Notes under the pieces: model-generated
The model's database searches: none
Told to the model about the DNA's origin: nothing
What the model saw: only the letters and a program-made list of their open reading frames with translations
Translations under genes and position numbers: made by a program
In this document: positions 37,601-50,904 of the stretch, piece after piece
How positions within the stretch are numbered: the first letter of the stretch is position 1
How the letters are laid out: each line of letters begins with the position of its first letter
Assembly (NCBI GenBank): GCA_043228905.1
Contig: JBHGNT010000002.1
Span: forward strand, 3,596,001 to 3,660,000
DNA: 64,000 bases
From: Azolla caroliniana
Taxonomy: Eukaryota; Plantae; Polypodiophyta
Direction: 5' to 3'

Positions 37601-37655
37601 ATGAACCATTGGAGCCCCTCGAACAAAGTATTTTGGATATTCTGGACGAAGAATA
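34651..37655 (+). pseudogene. Extra coiled-coil ORF of gypsy copy 2
   Basis: ORFs 34651-35589, 36040-36636, 36904-37434 and in-frame tail ..QQQQPLPDEPLEPLEQSILDILDEE*. Confidence 0.8.
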
Positions 37656-39089
37656 GCAAGTGTCGGTTGTGGATTCGACGTACAAGGTACTGTCCCACGG
37701 GCGTGCCATGTGTTACCGGCCGGCAAAGGAGTCCAGAGTGGGAAACAGAGAGTTATTTAAGTAATAGGAATGTGGTTGTAATTAAGCTATGAGTGTGGAC
37801 GGACGGACCGGAATAGGTATGCCGTTCCGGATCCGGACTGATCCTAAACAGGTGCGGATGGCACCGTTTTGTAATACAGACCGGAAACCTATTTAAAGGC
37901 CCGGATACAATGTAATCAATAACGGTTAATTAATGAAAGCTTAGCGTTGTTATCTCTCTATGTTAATTGTCGTTCTGTCTTAATTGTTATATCTTACGCG
38001 TGTGATTATGAAAGACGATCATGCTTAGTAACTTAATTAAGCCGGAGTAAGCGTTGAGTCTAATCCGGTTGCCGTAACACCCTTTGGTGAAGTGTCTTCC
38101 GTAGACACCCTGTGTTAGGCCATTGTCCAGCCCTAAGAGTTAAAACACACAGTACATTGTGTTGTGTTAACCATATGAAAACTCATGTGGACTTGTATAT
38201 ATTGTAGAGTCTAGTGTATAGTACATTCGAGAATATTCTAGTCGTTAGTATATTCTAGAATTATTCTGGGGTATATTCTAAACGAGTATATTCTCGAGAT
38301 ACTTCTCGAGTATATTCTAGAGATATTCAATCTCGGAAATTGTATAAATACTTGTAACATCCTTGGTCCCTTTCAAGGGATTCAACACCAGTCATTCACA
38401 CATCAATCTAGTGTTCTCGTTTCTCCCCATCTTCTCTCCTTCATCTTTATCATTGTCTTCATTCTCTTGAGTCATTCCTAGTGTCTTGAGTTCCATGCTC
38501 ATAGCCCCATCGTCCGTGCTTCTTCCCAGTTCGCACTTGGTGTGTCTGAGACAGTTTGAATTCCTTCCAACTAGAAGCATCACCCATCTTCGTCATCGCC
38601 CTTGCTTCTAGAGTTACCATAATCATTGTCCTTGCTTTCGGAGTTACCGTCATCAACATCCTTGTCTTCGACGTCATCATTTTTAGCACCTCTTCGCCCA
38701 ACCATCGTCATCTTCAACACTACTTGTCATCATTTTTAGGTATCATTTTGCATCATGGTTTTCATGAGGAGTGCTTTCGATTGCTCACCTTCCCAGTTTT
38801 GGTGGGGGTCACAACCACTCACTTTCCTGGTGGGGATCGGATCATTGCTTGCTTGCACTGCATTTTCGTTATAGTTCAAGTCTCGCGCCACTTTCTGTTG
38901 ACGATGACTGATTTCAATCGCTCACCTTCTAGTTTCGATGGGGGTCACAATCGCTCACTTTCCTGGTGGGGATCGCGTGGGTTTCTCGCTAGCGCTACCA
39001 TTTGTGTCGTGTCTTGGGTCAACCCCGACTATTTACCCTCTCATAATAGAAGAAGTCAAGTTGACCACTTCACTTGCACTCCTTTGCCC

Positions 39090-39460
39090 GTTGTTGTTCC
39101 AGTTCTCGGTGAGGCCCACATGGTCGCTCAAGTCTATTCGTGTTCAGTTCTCGGTGAGGGTTGCATGGTCGCACACATCCGTTCATGTTCTAGTTCTTGG
39201 TGAGGGACGCATGGTTGCTCACATCCGTTCGTGTTCCAGTTCTCGATGAGGGTTGCATGGTCGCTCACGCCCGTTTGTGTTTTCAATGAGAACCGCACAT
39301 GGTCGCTCACATTGTAGTTCCCAATGAGGGTCACACATGGTTGCTCATGTCCGTTCGTGTTCCAGTTCTTGGCGAGGGCCGCATGGTCGCTCATGCTCGT
39401 TCGTGTTTAGTTCTCGGTGAGGGCCGCATGGTCGCTCATGTCCGTTCATGTTCTAGTTCT
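39090..39460. repeat. ~45-bp tandem repeat, about 8 units, probably within the chromovirus LTR
   Basis: Repeated gttctcggtgagggccgcatggtcgctcatgtccgttcgtgttcca. Confidence 0.85.
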
Positions 39461-40401
39461 AGGTCAGTCATTGAAGGGAGACCGGAAACTACAATGTCAT
39501 GATGCTAGCCAAAACTCAAGGACCAATTATATACATAATTGTATACTAGATATGTTGGTTAACCCATAATGCTTGATTATAAGATGGTCATGTCAAGAGC
39601 TCGAATCTTCACATTATCCCCCCTCCTACACCGCCTTCCCAAATCGGCCGCCGGTTTGTGGGGATGTTGGTGATGAAAATCTTGGACCCCCTCCGGGGCA
39701 TTTTGTAAATTTTCCAATGGTTCCCACGTGGTGTCAAACATGGGACATGGGGTAACCCGTCCACAAGACGAGGTATTGCAAGTGTCGACGGTGCCAACAT
39801 GAGTCCAGGATTTGGTCAACCTCATACTCCTCCCCTGTCATCAATTGCAGAGGTGGTGGTGGTGGGGCCTGACGTCCTAGGAGTTGCGAAGCATAATGGG
39901 GTTCGAGGGGTTCGAGGAGGGAGACATGAAAAACATCGTGAATCTGGAAGTGGGATGGAAGGGTGAGCCGAAAGGCGACATGATTGATGCACTCGATGAT
40001 ACGGAATGGTCCCAACTTCTTGTAATCAAGTTTCGCACATGGACGAGTAGTAAAGATGTGTCGGCATAACAACCAGACCATGTCTCCAACGACAAAGCTA
40101 TTGGCCTGCTTCTTGTATCGTTCACTAGCGAGACTAAGCTCCAAGGATAAACCATGATGTAGCTCTTCTAAAATGCATGCACAATCCTCCGCCGAAGGGT
40201 TCACGGAAGTGGTAGGAAGGAAAATGTTGAAGCGAGGATGTAACCCATAGTTTGCAAAGAACGGAGTGACGCCAGTCAATGCATGGAGAGAATTATTGTA
40301 GGCAAATTCCGCGAGTGAAAGTAAGTTGACCCAATCATCTTGTTGGTAACTAACCGAGCACCGAAGATACTGCTCAAGGATTTGGTTGACACGCTCCATC
40401 T

Positions 40402-41279
40402 TGACGGGAACTCAACGCTCCTTATGTCCAACTCTCGGCCACAACCGAGCTTCTTTTCATACGCAGAAAACGGGAAACAAATGCACGACACAAAGGAGAG
40501 AAAAATATACACAGGATGTTTACGTGGAAAACCCCAAACTAGGGGAAAAACCACGGCAGCCCACAGGCTGCAAACTGTCACTATGTAAGAATGTACAAAA
40601 CAGTGAGTTCACGGAGGCAACGACCTCGGACTCACGATCTTCGCCACAGGCGGCGGTTACAACAGAGGCAACGACCTCTTTCTCTCTCTCTCTCTCTCTA
40701 TACACAGTTACGCGTTCTCACTTCTTCTTGCACCAACAAGTGAATGACAACCATAACTAAAAGTTTGCCCTAAGTCATATTTATACTAATATGACTTTTC
40801 GGCTATTTACAAATATAGTCTCGATGGACTCTCAGAAACATATTTACGAATATGTCTCTTCATCCGGTTCATACTGGGTCTGTATCATCCGGCTCTCCGT
40901 AGCCGTGTACTCCTCATCCGGTCTTCACCGGGTCTGTATCATCCGGCTCTCCGTAGCCGGGTACTCCTCATCCGGTCTTCACCGGGTCTGTATCATCCGG
41001 ATCTCCGTAGCCGGGTACTCCTCATCCGATCTTCACCGGGTCTGTATCATCCGGCTCTCCGTAGCCGGGTACTCCTCATCCGGTCTTCACCGGGTCTGTA
41101 TCATCCGGCTCTCCGTAGCCGGGTACTCCTCATCCGGTCTTCACCGGGTCTGTATCATCCGGCTCTCCGTAGCCGGGTCCACCTCATACGGTTTCGGCCT
41201 CGGCCTATCGGCCTCAGCCAAGCCTGTTCATCGGCATTGTTCTTCTCCCTTCCCATCCGGAGGGACCTGTCTCCCAACA
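40402..41279 (-). mobile_element. Copia solo LTR with 54-bp tandem array, inserted in chromovirus integrase
   Basis: TG..CA ends, TSD CATCT (40397-40401, 41280-41284); homologous to LTR 56816-57641. Confidence 0.93.
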
Positions 41280-44200
41280 CATCTGACCATCAGTTTGGGG
41301 GGTGATACGCGGAGGACAACTTGACAGAGATGCCTAAAGTTTGGAGCAGGCGCTGCCAGAAGTGAGAGACAAACTGGGGTCCGCGATCGGAGATGACATC
41401 ATCAGGGAGTCCATGCAAGTGTACCACATTGTTGATTAGAAGATGCACCATTCCTTCTCCGGAAATGGTTTTGGAGCATGGAGTGAAGTGAACCATCTTC
41501 ATAAACTGATCGACAACGACCAACACCGAGTCATAGCTATTGACCAAGGGTAGATCAGTTATGAGGTTCATAGAGATAGAGGCCCAGGGACGACGGTTGC
41601 ATGGAAGCGACTGGAGTAAGCCGTATGGCTGATGATGAGTGACTTTGGAGCGAGCACAAACCTCACAACTCTTGATGTATTCTTTGACCAACTTCCATGG
41701 TTGTGGCCACCAATATCCCCGAGAGATTAGCTCGAGGGTTTTTACGACCCCAAAATGACCTGCATGTGGGTCATCGTGGCATTCTCGCAACACCCAGGTG
41801 CGACATTGGCCCTCTGGGACGTATAAGAGATGATCTCGGAATAGCAAACCCTCTTGTATGCTAAAGGTGTCAAGATCCTTCCTTTTGTTTGCCTTGGAGG
41901 GGTTTTGTAGACTATCTCGAATCTCATTGGCGAACGCATCGGTTGTGGATGCATCGGTGATTTGTTGGAGTAATGAATCATCCTGCAACATACAAGTGGC
42001 AAAAAGATGCAATTGGTCGAGTTTCAGCAAACGTCTAGATTGTTGAGCATAGGCAGCATCCCCAGGGCAGAGTGCAAGGTTAGCTCGACAAGAAAGGGCA
42101 TCGGCCTTCCCATGTTTGCCACCAGGTCGAAATACGATCTCAAAATCGTAGTTGGCGAGAAATGTCGACCAACGGGCCTACCTTCGATTCAAAGTACGAG
42201 TGGTGGAAAAATAAACTAAATTTTTATGATCAGTCACTACCTGGACACGATGTTGTGCGCCGCCAAATAAGGTCGCCATTCTTCAAAGGCAGCAATGATA
42301 GTAGCAAGCTCCTTGTCGTATATGGGACAATTGATTTCGGAGGCCATGAATTTCCAGGAGTAGTATCCACTGGGTGCATTAGGTTGGTGTCATCTGCCTG
42401 GGATAAGATGCCGCCAATGGCGAAGTCAGAGGCATCGATTTCGACTTGAAAAGGTTTTGTGGGATCAACATGTAGCAACACCAAGGCAGTGATGAATGAG
42501 TGTTTGAGTGAGTCGAACGCATTTTGTGCCTCCGAGGTCCATAAAAAAGGAGTACCTTTATGAGTGAGGGCGATAAGAGGTTGTGCTAGGGTGGAAAACC
42601 CCTTGATGAATCGACGGTAAAAATTCGCGAAGTAGAGGAAGGATTACACATCTTTAAGTCAACTTGGAGTCGGCCAAGCCCGAATGACAGAGACCTTCTT
42701 CATATCCATGGTGATGCCAATGGGCGAGATAATGTAGCCTAGAAATTCGATCGAGGTACGGTCGAACTCGCATTTCTCGCCTTTGGCATAAAGGTCATGC
42801 TCGCGAAGTTTGGCAAGAACTAATCGGACTTGGCGAGTGTGCTCCTCCATGTTTGGCGAGAAAATGAGAATATCATCGAGGTAAATGACAACAAAATGAT
42901 CATGATATTCCCGGAATATATCGTTCATCATATGTTGAAAAATTGTTGGGGCATTAATAAGACCAAAAGGCATTACCTTGTATTCGAAATGCGCATACTG
43001 TGTTCGGAATGCAACTTTCCATTCATCCCCTGGCTTGATGCGTACTAGATTGTACGCTCAACGCAAATCAACTTTGGAGAAGACACGCGCAACTCAGAGT
43101 CGATCAAGGAGTTTGGGGATCATAGGTAGCGGATATCAGTTGCGCACAGTGAGTTTGTTGAGACCTCGGTAGTCGACGCATAAGTGTAGAGAGCCATCCT
43201 TCTTCTTCACGAATAAAATGGGGGCCCCGGCCGGCGACTTAGAAGGTTGAATAAATCCTTTCTCGAGGTTCTCATCGAGATACACATGAAGGGCCTTCAG
43301 CTCTAGTGCACAGACAACGCATATAGAGGATGGTATCAGAGCGGTTTGGTAGCTCGATCTAGCCCATCCGTGTATGTTGTGCCCCACGCCGACGTTCAAG
43401 AAGAACCGGCTCATCGTTATCGTAGTGCAGCTATATAGCTTGTATTCAAGAGAGAAGAAGAAGAAGAAAATCTACATCGAACACCATGAATACTCAAATG
43501 GGGAGTGCTCTCCCTAGCGAGAAGTTGGATCGAAACAACTTCGCATCTTGGGAGTACAAGATGCACCAATACCTTGTCGGCCAAGGCAATTGGAGCTACA
43601 TCAAAGGAGCACAAGAAAACCGGCCCGACTCGAAAGACGCCGACTATGCAACATGGGAGCAAGCAGCGAGTCGAGTAATGTATTGCTTGGCAACATGTGT
43701 TCATGATCACATGCTCAGCTACATTTGAGGAGCCACGATGCAAAAGGAAGCATGGGAGAATCTAAGGAAGATATTTGCCGCCAATACAACGGCACGAAAG
43801 CTTCAACCCCGCCAAGAGTTGAACAACATCCAACAACGGGATATGTCCATCACAAGCTACACCTTGAAGATCAAGGAACTTTGTGATGCACTCAGCTCGA
43901 TAAGCATCAATGTGGAGGATGACGAAATGGTGCAAATATGCCTCGGTGGCCTTGCACCACGGTTCGGCACGATGCGAACCGCCGTACTAGCACGAGAGAA
44001 TCCGCCCTCCTTTGATCTTCAATCCATGTTGTTGGTCAAAGAAAATCATGTTCAAACAAGGAGCAACATCTCAGAAGGCCACATGCTCTACACGCATTCG
44101 GACAGAGGAAGAGGACGCGACCGTGCAAGAAGGATTCAGCCAAGGACGAGGCGGACGAGGCCCAACTTACGAAAACAACTCGCAATTTTGGCATCAAGAC

Positions 44201-46826
44201 GGAAGCCATCGAGAAACCTTCGGAAGAAGAGGGAGCTTCCATTCCGGTCCTAGCCAAGAAACCTCGATCGAATGCGGTTATTGCAGAAAAATCGGCCACC
44301 ATGAAGAAGAGTGCCAAAAGAAGAAGCGCGAGTCGGCTTCCACAAGCCGACAACTCACTAATTACGCCACCAACTCCGACTATGAAGGTCATGGCGGAAT
44401 GTTTGCAATGAGACATAGAGCAAATTCTATGTCAACCTCTACTTCGACTAATGCCTCCAATCCGGAACATGTATGGTTCGTCGACTCCTGTGCTTCGAAT
44501 CATATGATGTCCAATCAAGAATGGTTCAAAGACCTTCAAGAGTCGGATCGACCCAGTTATGTCGAGACCGGAGACAACACCACTCATCTGATTTAGCATG
44601 TTGGCAATGTCCCATTCGGGAAAGAAGGTGAACAAACTTGCATAAAAAATGTCTTACATGTACCCACCATAACGAAGAATTTGGTCTCAGTCAGCCAAAT
44701 TGTGGAGCAAGGGATGCAAGTTCGATTCAACCAAGGAGGTTAATTCATCGAGAAAAAGGCCGACTAATTGCTCGTGGTCGAAGGGAAGGCCAAATGTTTA
44801 TCCTCGAAGCGAACGAGGTAAAATCGGCCATGTTTGCAAAGGGCCTCAAACCCGACACCAACATAGAACTATGGCATAAATGAATTGGCCATATCAATCT
44901 CAACAAACTCAAGGCGATACAATCGAAAGGAGTCGTCATCAGGCTCCCAACCTTCAAAGAGAAAGAGATTGAAGGAAAGCATGCCAATTCGGCAAGCAAC
45001 ATCGGCACCTATTCCCGAAGGAGAGGAACGTAAGCAAAGCCCTATTGGACGTAGTTGAATCGGATGTGTGGGGACCGGCACAGACGACTACGTTTGGAGG
45101 ATGTCGGTACTATGTTACCTTCATTGATGACTTCTCTAGATACACATGGATCTTCCCCATGAGGATGAAGAGCAAAGTGTTTACAAACTTCCAAAAATTC
45201 AAAAGCGAAATTGAAAAGACAACTAGACGTCATGTACGATGTCTTCGGTTAGAGGGAGGAAAGGAATACTTCTCCAATGTGTTCACAGCATACCTTCGAC
45301 AAGAAGGAATTCAGCGAGAATTCACTTGCCGACACACACCGCAACAAAATGGTTTAGCCGAACGCAAGAATTGGCACATCCTCGAAGTAGCAAGGGCCAT
45401 ACTAAATGAGAAGCATATGCCCAAGTCATATTGGGCAGAAGCTGCAAATACCGCCGTCTACCTCATGAACCTTTGCACAACATCCAGAGTGCACGAGGTC
45501 ACCCCGCACGAGAAATACTATGGGAAGAAGCCGGATCTATCCCATTTAAGGATATTCGGCTCCATTGCATACGTGCACATTCCCGATGAGAAGCGGCAAA
45601 AGCTTGACCCAAAATCAGAGAAGTGCATCCTCGTGGGGTACTCACTAGAGCAAAAGGGATACAAGTGCTTCAACCCCTCTACTCGGAAGACTCGTGTATG
45701 TCGGTATGTTGTCTTTGACGCATCGATATCATGGTACAAACCTGAGCCGACTCCTCCCAAACCATCTACGAACAACCTCGACAACACAAAAAATGACGAT
45801 CAACTAAGGTCAATACTCGAAGAGAGTCCGATCTCAACCAGATTGAGCGGACCACAAGAGCCTCCGAGCAACCAAAGCACATATCGGCCAAGTCCACAGA
45901 TGGACAAAGGGAAGGCCAAAATGCCGGAATTTGAAGACGATCACTTCGACGGCAACGAATCGACTCATCCACTCGATAGTGAGTTCGATGGCCTTGATGT
46001 GTCTCTTACGAGGTCCCCCGGAGTTGAGAAAGCACTCACATCAGCAAATGAGAAACTCCATCACTCCACCCGAGAGAAGAATCCGGTTAGCCGATTCAGC
46101 TACAACGACTATATGGCATACCACTATGCCTTTATGATGAAGGTTGCAGCAATGCGAGAATCAAAGAGCTTTGCCGAAGCCGCTAAAGATCCGCGATGGG
46201 TCGAAGAGATGAACGAGGAGATGCAAGCTCTCAGCAAGAATGAGACATGGGATCTCGTCCCTCACTCACCACATAAGAAGGTGACGGGAACTTGTCGTTC
46301 CTTATGCTCAACGCTCGGCCACAACCAAGCTTAGATCATGCACAGAAAACGGGAAATAAATGCACAACACAAAGGAGAGAAAAGGTACACAGGATGTTTA
46401 CGTGGAAAACCCAAACTAAGGGCAAAACCACGGCAACCCACAGGCTGCAAACTATCACTATGTTGGAATGTACAAACAATGAGTTCACGGAGGCAACGAC
46501 CTCGTGCTCACGATCTTCGCCACAGGCGGCGGTTACAACAGAGGCAACAACCTCTTTCTCTCTCTCTCTCTGTACACTGTTACGCGCTCTAATCTCACAC
46601 AGACAAGAAATAATAATAACAACAATATCTAAAAGTTTGCCCTAAGTCATATTTATACTAATATGACTTTTCGGCTATTTACAAATATAGCCTCGATGGA
46701 CTCTCAGAAACATATTTATGAATATGTCTCTTCATCCGGTTCTCACCAGGTCTGTACCATCCGGCTCTCCGTAGCCGGGTACTCCTCATCCGGTTCACAC
46801 CGGGTCTGCACCATCCGGCTCTCCGT

Positions 46827-47281
46827 TGTGAACCGGATGAGGAGTACTCGGCTACGGAGAGCCGGATGGTGCAGACCCGGTATGAACCGGATGAGGAGTA
46901 CCCGGCTACGGAGAGCCGGATGGTGCAGACCCGGTGTGAACCGGATGAGGAGTACCCGGCTACGGAGAGTCGGATGGTACAGACCCGGTGAGAACCGGAT
47001 GAAGAGACATATTCGTAAATATGTTTCTGAGAGTCCATCGAGACTATGAGACTATATTTGTAAATAGCCGAAAAGTCATATTAGTATAAATATGACTTAG
47101 GGCAAACTTTTAGTAGAGTTTTTTGTCATTCCTGTTTTGCACGAGATTAGAGCGTGTAACAGTGTACAGAGAGAGAGAGAGAGAGAAAGAGGTTGTTGCC
47201 TCTGTTGTAACCGCCGCCTGTGGTGAAGATCGTGAGCACGAGGTCGTTGCCTCCGTGAACTCACTGTTTGTACACATTCTT
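46827..47281 (+). repeat. Inverted copy of the element-B-family LTR (left part; right part at ~55081-55263)
   Basis: Reverse complement of the LTR from the 54-bp array to tcactgtttgtaca; the remaining atagtgatagtttgcag...gttcccgtca lies at 55081-55263. Confidence 0.88.
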
Positions 47282-47289
47282 CTAACGTT

Positions 47290-48269
47290 CAATGGCTTGA
47301 ATTCTAAAAATACTTTTACACTCATCAAGTATGTTTTGTTGACGACGTTCTTCATCTCATATAAGCCTGATAGCTTCTGCCACATCATAGGCATTTGTGT
47401 CATTCGCCACATGTAGAAGGACACTCACATTGACGCATTGTCAAATTGTGGCCACCGCCTTTTTGTTAAGAAGTTTCGATTCCGACTCTAATACCCCTTG
47501 TGGGTATTTTTGCTCTGTCGATTTGCTTGTATAGGTTTTTTACTATGAGAAGGTCCTCCATCTTTATCTTTGAGTCCGCATAGTTCTGAGAGTTTAGAAC
47601 TATAATGCCTGGGAAACTGCTCACACCTCCATCCATCTTCAACTTTGTTCTGATACCAGTTTGTTGAATTCAAATCGAATGTTCATGAGAAAGTTATGCC
47701 GAGAATACACAACTCGGAATGAGAAACAACAACAAAATGAACAAGATGCACAGTGTTTAACGTGGAAACCCTAACCGGGAAAAAACCACGGGAGAAACAG
47801 AGATCCACTAAACAAGCGAATACAGAAAACGGTTACAATCTTCTCTGATGCACACAGAGGATAACCCGCTTAGGGTGCTTAGCAAGTTCATTGAACTTTG
47901 CTGCCGCTCTCTCTTCTCTGTCACACTCAACAACAAAGGTTCACAACTATTTTGTTTTACACTCACTATGTTTGCCCTAAGTATATTTATACTTATACAC
48001 CGTATAGGCTATTTACAAATGTTGCCACTACTACTGTCATTCCTATTATAACAATAATAGTTATTCAGCCGACTGATCGACTAGTCAACTCCAGTGTCAA
48101 CTGTCTAGTTGGCCTTGTCTTCGACCATCCAGTCAGCCCAACTAGTTGGTCATGTCTTCGACTTAGACTGTCCTACTTTCGACTCCCCCAATCGACTCTT
48201 CATGTCTTTGAATGTCAGTACTCGGCCCGACCAGTCGGCTGCTCCCATAGGAGGGACATATTCCTAACA
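47290..48269 (-). mobile_element. Copia fragment: LTR (47662-48269), tRNA-Met PBS and start of gag
   Basis: TG..CA LTR related to 26210-27448; TGGTATCAGAAC on minus at ~47647-47658; MWQKLSGLYEMKNVVNK gag-like text. Confidence 0.75.
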
Positions 48270-50560
48270 TGATGTTCCCACTCCGATCCCAATCTACTAC
48301 GACAACATCAATAGCATGCAGCTGGCAAAGAACCCCATTTTCCATGCTCGCATGAAGCAAATAGAAGTGCATTATCACTTTGTGTGCTAGTGGGTCTTGA
48401 GTGGTGATGTTGAACTCTGGTATGTTTCAATGGATCGGTTGGTGGTCGACATCTTCACCAAGGCGCTCGGATCAAACAAGTTGTAGCACTTTTCAGAGAT
48501 GCTTGGGTTACAACATCTCCACGTGCTGCCCTTGAGGGGGAGAATAGGTGGATCAACAAGCGGAGAGCAACAAAAGAAAGCCGAATTAGATGCGGAATCG
48601 ACTGAAGAGTTGGAACAGGCAACAAAAGAGACAGAGTCGACCGAAAAAAAAGACGAGAACCAGAACATGGTATGATGTGGTAAAGCGCCTAGAAAAGGAA
48701 GAAGAATTGGAGACAACCAATTCGGACAAGAGAGCGAACGAATCGGAGGCAACTGATTCGGTCAAGTAGTTCAATTCGAATGAGTTGAATCACATAAAGG
48801 CTGAGCAAGCGAGAGGGCAATTGAAGTCGATGCTGACACGGAGGAGCCGACGGGTCGAGAAGCGTCAATATCACAATAACAAGGGAGCTGAGATGGGCCT
48901 GATGAGCGGACAAGCCAATCGAGGAGGTCGAGATGCGAGGGACCGGACGAGTCGAGGAGCATTAGCAAGGCGTGAAGATGCTAGGAGGAGCTAGAGACAA
49001 GGATCGGCGGATGCTGACATAAAAGATCGACCTGAACGTGAGCTTGAGGGAGAGTGTTGCATGAGAAAGCTCAACGTGGGCCAACCAACAACCGGCTAGT
49101 TGGCCGGACTAAGAGATGGCCAACGAATGAAGGAAGGATAGAGAAATCTGACCTGAAAATCGAGGCTGAGGCCAGTTGACAGCGATGAGCAGTAGGGTTG
49201 GTCGACGGGCCAGACATATAGTGACCACCGACGTTTGACTGAGCGAACAGACGATGACAAAGCCGGCCGCCGAAAGGCGATGCCTGTAAAGACAGTTAGG
49301 ATAGCTGGTTGGATAGCCAACAATCGTCGGACAACCATCAGATAGCGACCACCGGCGCATGGAGAAAAATAGGCGGTCAGACAACCGGTCGAATAGAGAG
49401 ATGGTCAAAGAAATGGGGGACAGAACCAGCTGGACATAGAGACAGATAGACAGTCCTAGAGCCGACTGACGGATAACGACGGGCGATGTACGCCGATGGA
49501 GATGGCGATGGACAGAGATCAAGAGGGAAGACGGAGACAAACAAAAGTACTCCGCTCAACATCTGAAGTAAAGAAGGAGAAAATCAAGAAAGAAGAAGAA
49601 GAAGAGGAAAGACGAAGAAGAGGATAGAAGAAGAAGAAGAGATAAAGAGAGAAGACGAAGAAGAAAAAGGTGACGAAGAAGAAGAAGAAGGAAGAGCAAA
49701 GGTAGAGAGGAGAGAATGGGTAAAGCCATGAGATGAAGTTCGAGATTACATAGGAAAGGAAAAAAAGCGGAGGTTGTCATAGATGAGCATGTCAAGAAAA
49801 TGAAGAATTCGACGACAAAAGAGGAAGAAGAAAGCAAGGAAAGAAAGTAGAAGAAAAAGAAAGGGGTAGAAAACGAAATTTCCAAAACAAGAGGGCATAC
49901 AACTAAATTTGATAAGGCCATATGATAAAATTTCAAAAATGTGAGGGTAAAAAATGAAAATTTCAAAGACCAAGGGGTACAAAACATTAAACTGCAGAAT
50001 ACACATACACGCAACGACTTTACAACCCATGCAGTAGCGGACGAGCCGATTGGTGTGTGATCCAACTGAGAGATGTGTTGACCGAATGAGAAGGTTTGGG
50101 TCAAGAAAACCTCTGATCGAAGTTATCGATCGTGGAGCTGTGATCAGGTCGAGGGATTTTCGACCAACGAGACGACCGATAGAGTTCTGGTTTATAAAAG
50201 TTGACATGGCAATTGGGTTCACCTTGCAATGCATTGTCCCACAGGCATGCCATCTGTTACTCATAGGAGTGTATGGGGCGGTGTAAGGGACAAACGCAAT
50301 AAAGGGGTTCTGATATATGCGTAATGTATACGAGTGTGAGTGAGGATACATATATATGTATGAACACATCCACAATTATGTGCATGTTAACAAGAATGTA
50401 ACAATCTTCTTTTGTAATAGTCATATTATGCAACTGTTACATTATGTACTATATAAACCCCTTATCGGGCATGTAATGCATATATAATTTTTCCCTCTAA
50501 TTTTCTATGTGTCTCTTTCTCTCTCTCCCTCTCCCTCACGTGTAAACCCCTTGGGTGGAG
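48270..50560 (+). mobile_element. Copia 3' fragment (RNase H, PPT-like tracts, probable LTR from 49055)
   Basis: YDNINSMQLAKNPIFHARMKQIEVHYHFV..DIFTKAL; TTGAGGGGGAG at ~48532 and TTGAGGGAGAG|TGTTG at ~49044; right boundary uncertain. Confidence 0.65.
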
Positions 50561-50904
50561 CTGTTCTTGGCTCCACCCCCCACCCATCAACAACCATTCA
50601 AGGCACATACCGGAGGATTTTTGGTTTTGTGTGGAGTGGATATCATGATGTGGGCATGAGGAAGGTGGGAATGCAATAAGGAAATGTCTAAAATATATGA
50701 GAAAAGCAAGGGGAAGAAAAAGGGGCCATAAATATATAATGGCCTAGTGGTTAGAGCCATGACTTAGTAGATGCTAGAAGGATTATATGAAATCGTGTCC
50801 ACCAAATAGGTTCATCTAGAGGAATTAAGTGATAAGGGACACAATGGGCAATTAGATGGGTTTGACTTTGTATTGCACCTCATCTACTATAGTTCAAATT
50901 TAAT

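Larger units (their letters stand above)
28748..38145 (+). mobile_element. Ty3/gypsy LTR retrotransposon, copy 2 (same family as 4673-14608), RT-deleted
   Basis: 435-bp LTRs 28748-29182 and 37711-38145 (about a dozen mismatches), TSD CACAC, PBS 29190-29199, gag duplication, RT deletion at ~32611. Confidence 0.97.
38186..43305 (-). mobile_element. Chromovirus-type Ty3/gypsy 3' half (RT, RNase H, integrase, chromodomain, PPT, 3' LTR), decayed
   Basis: [43 protein letters not shown], chromodomain EEYEVDQILD..YLVLWTGY..TWEPLENL; PPT AGGAGGGGGATAA before the LTR start at 39613; far LTR boundary uncertain. Confidence 0.88.

Noticed and set aside
43305-43331. Copia A as a clean nested insertion in the chromovirus
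   Set aside because: No 5' LTR or TSD; only ~25 bp separate chromovirus RT from the PBS, indicating a deletion junction.
49556-50375. Hydrophobic ORFs resembling membrane proteins
   Set aside because: Produced by the reverse complement of GAA-rich low-complexity sequence in a probable LTR.
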